Source of the DNA: Octopus sinensis
Lineage: Eukaryota
Length of the DNA stretch: 64,000 nucleotides
Assembly (NCBI RefSeq): GCF_006345805.1
Contig: NC_043004.1
Span: forward strand, 53,568,001-53,632,000
Direction of reading: 5' to 3'
Positions 54,592-64,000 of the stretch are shown here, piece after piece (the stretch's first letter is position 1; each line of letters starts with the position of its first letter). Both the position numbers and the translations under genes were made by a program. The notes beneath the pieces are model-generated. The model saw only the letters and a program-made list of their open reading frames with translations, was not told the DNA's origin and made no database searches.

Positions 54592-55735
54592 TATTGTGAT
54601 TATTATTATTACATTCCTGTTTATCATAAAAGGGCGGAACCGTTACCATGTTTCAATACTTCAAACTTGTTATTATGGCTGCTCATTTGGGATTTTGTTG
54701 TTTTACGAAGGGTGTTTTATTACTGTGGGGATTTATTAATGTTTCACGATGTGTCTGTTTTTGATTTTTTTAAAGTCATTCTCGTTGTTAACTGTCAACT
54801 TGGTTTTGCTTTATTAATTGCTTAAGACCGTCACAACGTGCTGTTTCTACATGATATTTTGGTAATTCTTTTTAATTTGTGTTTGTTATAATTACTGCTG
54901 AGCAATATTGTCAATCGAAGGAGACAAACAGTAGCAAAGAGAGAGGGAGAGAGAAATAAAAAGAGACAGACAGACAGACGGAAAGGTAGAAAGGGAGTGA
55001 GGGAGAGAGAAAGAAAAAGAGAGATACAGACGGAGAGAGAAGGAGAGAGAGAAAAGGGCCGATGCAGAGTGAAAATGACTGATAAATTGTTTAAGTAAAG
55101 AGGAAAGGACGTTCAGAAAGACTGCATAGACTGGCGCAGGGGAACAAAGCAGAATAAAAGAATCAATCATGAAAGATCTAAAAGAAAATGGTGACTACAG
55201 GATGGTGACTACAGAAAATGGTGATACAATAAGACAGATGGACATGGATTAGCATTGGAATTTTTTAATATTTGAATGGACGAATTTCTTTTCACATTAA
55301 TACAAACTCAAATCGAATTTCATGTCTTAAAACTCGAATTTCACGTCGTAAAACCGTTAATCGCTGACCGTGGATAAACGGATAATTTCATCAAGGACAA
55401 CAATTTTAAATGCTCTGTCACCAAATGCCAACGTGTATATGTAATGTGGTGATGAAAATTTCTCTTCAAATAAATTCTTTCTAATTTTAGCACAAGGTCA
55501 GCAGTTCTAAGGGTCGCGGAGAGCCGATTATATCGGCCACAATTTTCTCAGCCGATTTTTATTTCATCGACTCCGAAATGATAAATAGCAAACACATAGC
55601 GTAATGTTGCAGGAGATATGCTGCTTTGAATTTTACCTGATGTGCTAATGACTGTCAGCTCACTGCTGTATATCACATCAACTTAAAAACAAGTTATATT
55701 AGCGATTCTCAATCGGTATCTATATGATCCTTGGG

Positions 55736-56120
55736 AGGAGGCGCAATGGCTCACTGGTTAGGGCAGCAGACTCGCGGTCATAGGATCGCGGTTTCAATTC
55801 CCAGACCGGGCGCTGTGAGTGTTTATTGAGCGAAAACACCTAAAGCTCCACGAGGCTCCGACAGGGGATGGTAGTGATCCCTGCTGTACTCTTTCACCAC
55901 AACTTTCTCTCACTCTTACTTCCTGTTTCTGTTGTACCTGTATTTCAAAGGGCCGGCCTTGTCACTCTCTGTGCCACGCTGAATATCCCCGAGAACTACG
56001 TTAAGGGTACACGTGTCTGTGGAGTGCTCAGCCACTTACACGTTAATTTCACGAGCAGGCTGTTCCGTTGATTCGGATCAACCGGAACCCTCCTCGTCGT
56101 AACCGACGGAGTGCTTCCAT
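55736..56120 (+). mobile_element. SINE family C, long tail type
   Basis: Full head, core and tail ending GTCGTAACCGACGGAGTGCTTCC. Confidence 0.9.
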
Positions 56121-57684
56121 CCATGATCCTTGGGGGTTCATATAAAATTCTGTTGTTAAAAATTATGTGCCATAAATTGGTTATACATCTACAATGCACT
56201 AAATATTTTAATGATTTATTTTCATGTAAGTCTTAGTAAAGTATAATTCGAAAAGTACAATAGGATTTTTTAAACCATCGAATGACTATGCGGTCCACTC
56301 GAGTGAAATAGGACTCAAAGAGGTCCATGACAAAAAGAAACGGTTGAAGACGACTGAGTTATATATTGCGATTATTCCCACTGTAGGAAGTTCACAGTTC
56401 AATCGAATGAGTACTCAATAGTCATGTACGGCAGATGAGTATATATTATATATTTGAGTGAACTGGCTATAGCCACATCATTGGACAGAAGTTGATCAAT
56501 CATTAGTTATGGACACCTAGGTAGATTTGAATACTCAAAGTTTTAGTTATGCTCTATATACATACATGTAATGGGTACTGATATTGTACATATGAGAAGG
56601 CACTTCAACAAAATCTGTTACCTGGTCACTTAAACCGATGTGCAGTTTATTAAATTTTAAAACGTATAATTGCTCTTGAATTTGGGCACAAAGCCATCAA
56701 CTTTGGGCAAAGTATTACGTAAACGTTAGTGCTCGACTCGTATTTATGTTATGAGCCCAGAACAGAAGGAAGGGTAAGTCGACCTCTTCCGGCATGTTAA
56801 TGATTCTGCCAGCTCGCCTCTAGAATGTATTTTTGTCTCTAGACCATACATTGAAGCAAGTCCTGTGTGTGATTACTCAATACCTTTTGGGGAAGTGGGA
56901 AAACTCACAAATAATCAGAAATCTTTGTATTCCCCTTGCAAGACGCCTAATATAAAATCGTGTATTGAAGCTGTTGGGTTTTGGATGGATCATTTTGCTA
57001 ATAAAATTATTCGCGTTGGTACTATATTTTATGGTTTATAACTCGGTAAATTGCAGAAAATTATAATTAGTTAAAAGATTGTGGTTAAATAGTTTAGTGG
57101 TTAACTAAGAAAAATAGAAAGAAGAATCGAAACAGGACGTATGTTTTACTTTGCAGGATTACACTCCCCAAAGTACGTAACTTTTCAAATATAAAGCATA
57201 AAAATGCTGGAGTCGCCCATTTAAAGGACAGCATACATGTTGCTTTCAATTTAAATTGAAAGCAACATGTATTTTATAACTGCTACTATATTTCTGACAA
57301 TGTCTTGCTATCTCTGCTCAAAAAACAGAAAAATCAGAATGCCATTATTACTAAGGAAAACTGGGGAAGCATACAACCCGACTAATGATATTATTTCCAT
57401 CTTGGAGATATTATAAATTGCTGCCAGACTATGTGAGTGTTTTCACTTTATTCCTTTTTTCTTTCTTTTTTTTTATTTTTCATAATTCTGAAGTGTATCG
57501 TTTATATTCTTCTATTAATAGAGAAGTACAGTAATATTTATTCAGTGTCAGACAATCACGTATGATCATAAATATAGAAGTTGGGTTGTATATAAGTTTG
57601 CTTATGCGTACGGCGTGTGCGTTTGACTGCTTACACCGATACACATACACATGCCAATATAGGCACACATTTATATAATTGTAT

Positions 57685-57726
57685 AGATAGATAGATACAT
57701 ACATGCATACAAACATACTTAAAGAA

Positions 57727-57794
<68 letters not shown>

Positions 57795-57890
57795 AGAGAT
57801 AGATAGATAAAGAGATAGATAGTTAGATAGATAGATAGATAGATAGATAGATATATAGATAGATAGATAGATAGATAGATAAAGAGATAG

Positions 57891-57921
<31 letters not shown>

Positions 57922-57941
57922 GATAGATGATAGATAGATAA

Positions 57942-58022
<81 letters not shown>
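57685..58022. repeat. (GATA)n microsatellite
   Basis: Directly visible. Similar arrays at 28552-28646 and 60478-60822. Confidence 0.97.
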
Positions 58023-58023
<1 letters not shown>

Positions 58024-59159
58024 GCATTCATATGTATTAAGACACAATGTGCGCATAAAAAACATTCAGCAAACGCGAATTAATTAACCGCACCGATATG
58101 TGTGTGTGTATGTATGTATGTATGTATGTAAGTATGTATGTATGTATGTATGTATGTATGCATGTATGTATGAGGACCTATATATATGTAAATATATACA
58201 TATATGCACTTATATGATTGTATATATATCTTTGTATTTTTAAATGTATATAAATACATACTATACGTACAAACCTACACATGCGCACACAATTATACAT
58301 GTGTACACTCACACACACACACACACACACACACACATAAATTTCTTTCTATAGTTCCCTCAATAGACAACACAATATAGAAGAAAAGCAAGTGAAACGT
58401 GATTGTGGTTAATATTCCAGCGAAATATTCTATAGTCTTTGATTATAATCTACAATATAAAGAGAATGGTTTCTCACTGTTCTATATACGTGGATATATG
58501 AATAGAAACATTGCGAATAATTTCTCTTTGGTCATAAGGACAAAGGTTTGTGTTTAGGTGTGTTCGTGAGTGATGATAAATTGTAACTAGAGGGAGGTGA
58601 TTTTGCGTTATGTTATCTGCTGGTTTTGTGTCATATTGTTAACTGGTTTTGCTGATAGTATGTTATGGTGGGAACGAAGTTGTAGGACGCCATGTTGCGG
58701 AGGGAGTAAACGAAAAGGAATTGTAGTGAGAAAGGCAACCAAAGAGAAAGAAAGGAAGAAAAAAGAACGAAAAAAGAAAGAGAGTGGAGGAAAGCAAATA
58801 GAGAGACAGTGTCCAAAAAATAAGGGAAATTTAATTTGAAAGTGTGGCTGATACGTCACGTGTATAAGTTTTCGTAAAGAAACAGTAAGAAGGAAAACGA
58901 GAGTAGATAACGGAAGTTACGGGAGATAAAGATAGTGATATAGGAATGGCGGTATGTATGTAATGCATATGTGTATATGTGTGCGTATTTTTGCTTTTAT
59001 GTGAGTATATTTGCATCTGTGTGTCTGTGTGTGTCTATGGCTCGAGTATAACACGGCTGCAGTCTTCAGATGAAAATGAATCCTCTCTCAATATGTATGT
59101 ATCTATGTAGGCATGCATGTACACACACATATACATACACAAACATATATTTATGTATA

Positions 59160-60400
59160 TACACTCTTCTCTAACCCAACCTCCAAACCCGGCTCGTTCC
59201 CCTACTCCCGCTCGCGCTACCACACTTGCCCTTGCCTTTCCAACACCACCCTCTTCTCAGGCACCCATCATCGACCCTATCATGGGTTCCCGGCTCTCCC
59301 TGTTCTCTCTGCCTTTCTCTATACATCGGGCAAACAGGACGCCGCGTGACTGACCGGTTCGCAGAATACCCCCGAGACATCCGACTTGGCAATGACACCC
59401 GGGTCTCGCATCATTTCCGCCCTACCGGTCACTCTTTGCAACACCTGTCTGTGTTCTTATTGTCCTTCCATAGGGTCCATCCGGACTCGCGTTGCGCCGT
59501 GAACAGGGATTAATCTTCTCTCTTCAATCCTTTGCGCAAACACTCCTCAACACTCCTCCCCTCGTCATCTAACCTCTTCCCCTCTCACACCTACTTTCTC
59601 ACACCCACCCCTCCTCTCTTGCTCCTCTCTTGCTCCGACTCTTTCTCTTCACTCCTACTCTCCTTCTCTCTTCTCTTCACTCCTACCCACCTTCTCCTTC
59701 CCCCTCGCTCTTCATCGTCACCCCTCACTCTTAACCCCTCTCCTACACAATTCAGCTCCAACTTCCCTATCCATCCCATCCCATCCCCACCCCATACTTT
59801 ACACCCACTCCCACATGACCCACTTCTACTCCCACCCTCAGCCTAACCAACACCCGAACCTTTCTTTCCCCACTCTCGCCTCCCCACATCCCAACACATC
59901 ACACTACACACCACTACACCATACACCACCATACTATGCAACCACATATCACATCACACACCCACGAACACACTAGCACTGACCACTTCCCATCTCCACA
60001 TCCACACACCTAAACATACAGACATGCACATGTCAACGTCACCAGCCCTACATCCACAAACCAACACATACAAGCACACACACGTCAAGGTCACCGGCCC
60101 TCTTCCAACGGCACATACATGCTCTCAAAAACGCACGCGCACCTTCGTTTTGGGACCACAACTACTTTATTATTTACCCTTCTTCCTAGCTCCCCTATGT
60201 GGCCCCTCTCTCCGGCATTCGCCAAGATAGATCGCTAGCCAGTACACTTTCTTTATTTTCTCTCCTTGTTTCTTTCTGTGGAAGAGCGTAGGCTCGAAAC
60301 CTTAAAGACTTTTTCACTTCCCGTGTGTTAAACTTATACATCTGTTTGTTGTCTACACCACCTGTCTCCGTCTTTTGTTTTATTGTGAATTCTCCCTATA
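59160..60400 (+). mobile_element. Penelope-like element 3' portion: GIY-YIG endonuclease remnant plus pLTR
   Basis: PGSFPYSRSRYHTCP..CSLCLSLYIGQTGRRVTDRFAEY..HHFRPTGHSL matches PLE endonuclease. The pLTR at 60225-60400 carries a hammerhead-like motif. Confidence 0.85.
60271..60308 (+). ncRNA. Minimal hammerhead-like motif, A6U variant, stem III palindrome broken
   Basis: TCTTT-CTGTGGA-A-GAGC-GTAG-GCTC-GAAA-CC-TT-AAAGA. Confidence 0.5.
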
Positions 60401-60478
60401 ATATATGTGTGTGCGTATGTATGTATGTATGTATGTATATATACACATATATATATAGAGATATATGTATACATATAC

Positions 60479-60543
<65 letters not shown>

Positions 60544-60574
60544 GATAGAAAGATAGATAGATGGATAGATGGAC

Positions 60575-60690
<116 letters not shown>

Positions 60691-60699
60691 GCATGGATG

Positions 60700-60824
<125 letters not shown>

Positions 60825-60825
60825 C

Positions 60826-63800
60826 TTTTTTTATTGTAGCCACACAGGGCTAAACAGAATAAAAATGGACGAAATACAATGTAGAATTTTTTCTTTTCGA
60901 GGTGGGATGGGTGGGGCAAAAAAAAACAAAAAAAAAAAACAACGTTTGATCAATAGGGATCTGTGGGTTGTGTGGTGTATAAAAAAGCAATATATATATA
61001 AGGTTCACAGTTTAGGTGTAGCCTTGGAAAGAAAAACCTACAAAAAAGACCAAGGTCACCTCAGGCAATTCGAAAAAGAACACATGAGTAAGTCGCCTTA
61101 CTTCTCGTTGTCTCTTTTGGTTACAGATTTATGCTTAAAATAGTGTCGTCTTTAATACTGACCATTTTTGCCACTTTTACCCACTTTTTATTAAAACATC
61201 CGTTCGACAAAGCCTTCCTCACTATTCTCATCCTCCTTTTCAAGTGGTACTTGAAAAAGTTGACGAGAGACTGACCAGAGAGGAAGGTGTTTGTTTGCAG
61301 TCCTTTCAAACGCGTCCACCACACACATTCTTTCGCCATAGCCATCAGCGTAACGAAAACCATTTTCCCTTCCCGTTTAAAGGAAGGTGGTGGAACAATA
61401 TTCACGATAGACTCGGCCGATAGGCGAGCCTGACCTACACGTGACAACAGCTGTTCGACGAAGGACCACAGCTCTGAAATATCTGGACACTGCACGAGTG
61501 CGTGCAGAACGGTTTCGTCGCTCTGACCGCATCTCGGGCAGGTCGGTCCGGTGATGGTTTTCGAACCGTGTCTGTAGCTCTTCTCTCGAACTAGTAGTGC
61601 GTCTCGATAGCACTGCCAAGCCAGGGATTTCTGGAAGTTATCCATAGGCCCCGGTCCGAACGTCGTCCTGAACAGGCGGGTTAGGAATTCTTCGTCGACG
61701 CCCAGGTTTGCCCCGAGTGTGTCGTCGGACCTCCCCTCCACTAGTCCTCTATAGAACGCTTTAGTCGTTTGTAAGTTGCACAAGTTTGACCCCGGTTGGC
61801 AGAGCTGCTGTAGAGCTTGGCGACACTCTCGGTGCCAATCGCCCAGTTTCGGTCTCTTTTTGATCCACGTTTCCAGTTCGGTCAGTGAGACGAGCTGCGG
61901 GAAGTCGCGCCTCACAAACGGCGGCCACACCTGTTCACCGTCGTCGATGAATTTCTAGAGATGTCGCAGTCTCAGCGCATGCCTGCGCATCATCAACTAC
62001 GGCATGCCCAGTCCTCCATTCAACGGATGTTGACAGCAAATGGACTTCCTCACCATCGGAACGCCACCCTTCCACAGGAAGCGGAAGAGTATGCGTTCCA
62101 GTTTGGTGATGGTGGCGTCGGGACAAGGTACGACGGTCAGGCGGTAATCGATGACGGATGCGATGTACGCGTTCGCCACCTCCGCCCGGCCTTTTAGAGA
62201 CAGCTTTCTCTCGGCCCATGTTTGGCTGAGAGCGACCACTCTACTCGTGATCTCGTCCCAGTTCTTATCCATTTGGAGGTCCGGACTGAACCAGACCCCG
62301 AGCAATTTAACCGGTCCGTCCGTCCAGCGGACCACTACTGAGCCGCAGTCGGACGGCATGGGCTTGCTTCTCCAGGTGCCGAGTAGCAAACCCACTGACT
62401 TTTCCGGGTTAATCTTTGCTCCCGTCACCGTTTCGTATTTTCTTAGTGTCTCGCCTATCATCTTGATGTGTTTGTCGCTCGACACTATGACGGTGACATC
62501 GTCCGCATATGCCGACACGCTCGTCCCGCAACCCAGTTCCCGTGGGATGCTCCTCAGTGTCGCCAGCTTCCGCAGTAGCGGCTCGAGAGTCAATACATAC
62601 AGAAGCGCCGACAGGGGACACCCCTGACGGACCGAACGCGTGATGTCAAACGGTTTCGACAGGTGACCGTTCACCCGAATCACCGATCGGATGCCGCTAT
62701 ACAAGGCAGCGATCCAACCGCGGAAGACGGGACCGAAGCCAGCCGCCCTGGGGACGGCCGCCAAGTACCGATGGTTGACCCTATCGAAGGCTTTAGACTG
62801 ATCCAAATTTATCAGCGCCCCAACCATGCCAGGATCCTTAACTACCCTGTCCACAATGTAGCGCATCAGATGGAGGTTGTCATGTATGGTTCTGCCCGGC
62901 ACGGCGCATGTTTGCGCCCTGTCGACCAGTTTACCAATGACAAGCGCCAACCTCTCGGCTATTACTTTGGCCAAAATTTTCAAATCTGCGTTGAGCAGAG
63001 TGATGGGCTTGAAATTATCTATAAAATTCCCCTTGTTTGAGTCTTTCTTCAGCAACGTCACTGCACCTCGGCTTACGAAACCGGGGATTCTCCCGTTTTG
63101 TTGCCAGTTGCAGTAGACTGATGCCAAGAGGTCGCCAAACAAGTCTGGCATTCGACAATACAGCTCGTAGGGTAAACCATCCAATCCAGGCGACTTATCC
63201 CTCGCGCAGCCCGCCATCGCATCCCACACGTCAGCGGCTGTGATGGGACTTTCACAACACTCCGCTTCTCTTGCCGAGAGCCGCGGCAGGTCGGTCAGGT
63301 AGGCACTGAAATCCATCCCGCGTTCCGACCCACCACTCGCACCAAACAGTCGAGCAAAGTGCTGTTGAAAGGCCTCACACATCCTTTCGGGTTCGAGTAA
63401 ACTGCATCCCTGTTGATCTATTAGAGACCGAATGGTGGATCTGTTGCCACGCTGCACCTCCGCTACCCGGGCCTCTCGCGCAGCTTCAATCCCTTCGTTC
63501 CTTAAGGCACGCATTTTAGCTCTGACGACGCAACCTTCGTGCTTGGCGTTGAGGTGTTGGTCGAGGGCCATCCTCGCAGCCAGCACGTTGGTTGCGCTGC
63601 CAGTGGTAAGTGCCTCTTCTAGTTTCTCAACCAAGTCTCCCTCTACTCTATTTCGTTCTATCGCTAATTCCTTGCTAAACCTAACTGATTCCGATTTTAT
63701 TGCCATTTTCAGGGCGTACCACCAGCGGTTGTTAACGACCGCTCCCGTCAGCGCCCTCTTAATTAACTCGCTAATCCGGTTCCTGTAAACCTGTCGCGCT

Positions 63801-64000
63801 AACAGCGACGTGTTCAGTTTCCAGTAACCGGGACCCTGCCTATGTGTTTTATCCAAGTCGAGCGTACACGTAACAAATTTGTGATCTGTGTAGCTGACTA
63901 TTTTAAATTGTGGACATCCTACACTATCCCTATCCGCTGTCCTGCATAGAATTCTATCTAGATAAGATCTCGACGATCCGACGCGGTTTGTCCAAGCCCA
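60826..64000 (-). mobile_element. L1/Tx1-clade LINE (ORF2 with APE C-terminus, RT, CCHC), runs off the window end
   Basis: DHKF..GPGYWKLNTSLL, KSPGLDGLPYELY, LINLDQSKAFDRV, RQGCPLS, YADDVT, CPRCGQSDETVLHALVQCP. One frameshift near 61930-62000. AATAAA plus A-tract at about 60826-60836 abuts (GATA)n. Confidence 0.92.

Noticed and set aside
55736-55812. tRNA-Arg-like sequence (also at 41629, 34354, 46370, 2035)
   Set aside because: There is no acceptor stem and it continues into a shared SINE body, so it is a SINE head and not a tRNA gene.
61377-63788. Many + strand and alternate-frame ORFs
   Set aside because: They are shadows of the GC-rich Tx1 ORF2 on the minus strand.

Overview
Eukaryotic, AT-rich, repeat-saturated window with no long host-gene ORF. 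The SINE families and microsatellite load look like an octopus (cephalopod) genome, which is an inference from recognised repeat families. Most ORFs in the supplied track are microsatellite artefacts. Supported elements: two R4/Dong-clade LINEs with restriction-like endonuclease (one near full length at 49.4-53.7 kb), a Tx1/L1 LINE running off the right end, RTE and CR1 3' ends, a Penelope-like GIY-YIG fragment, two DD37D (maT) and one intron-containing DD34E Tc1 relic, a foldback mariner MITE, and three tRNA-derived SINE families. The main unexplained structure is a set of minimal type I hammerhead ribozyme motifs in four unrelated repeat families. They show three different Watson-Crick states of the core 3:8 pair (C-G, U-A, G-C) plus an A6U variant. 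One lies in a TSD-flanked 1.34-mer of a 358-nt unit that resembles a retroposed circular RNA (retrozyme-like). A 1.25-kb near-identical local duplication is fused to the 5' end of a truncated Dong LINE and contains candidate exons.
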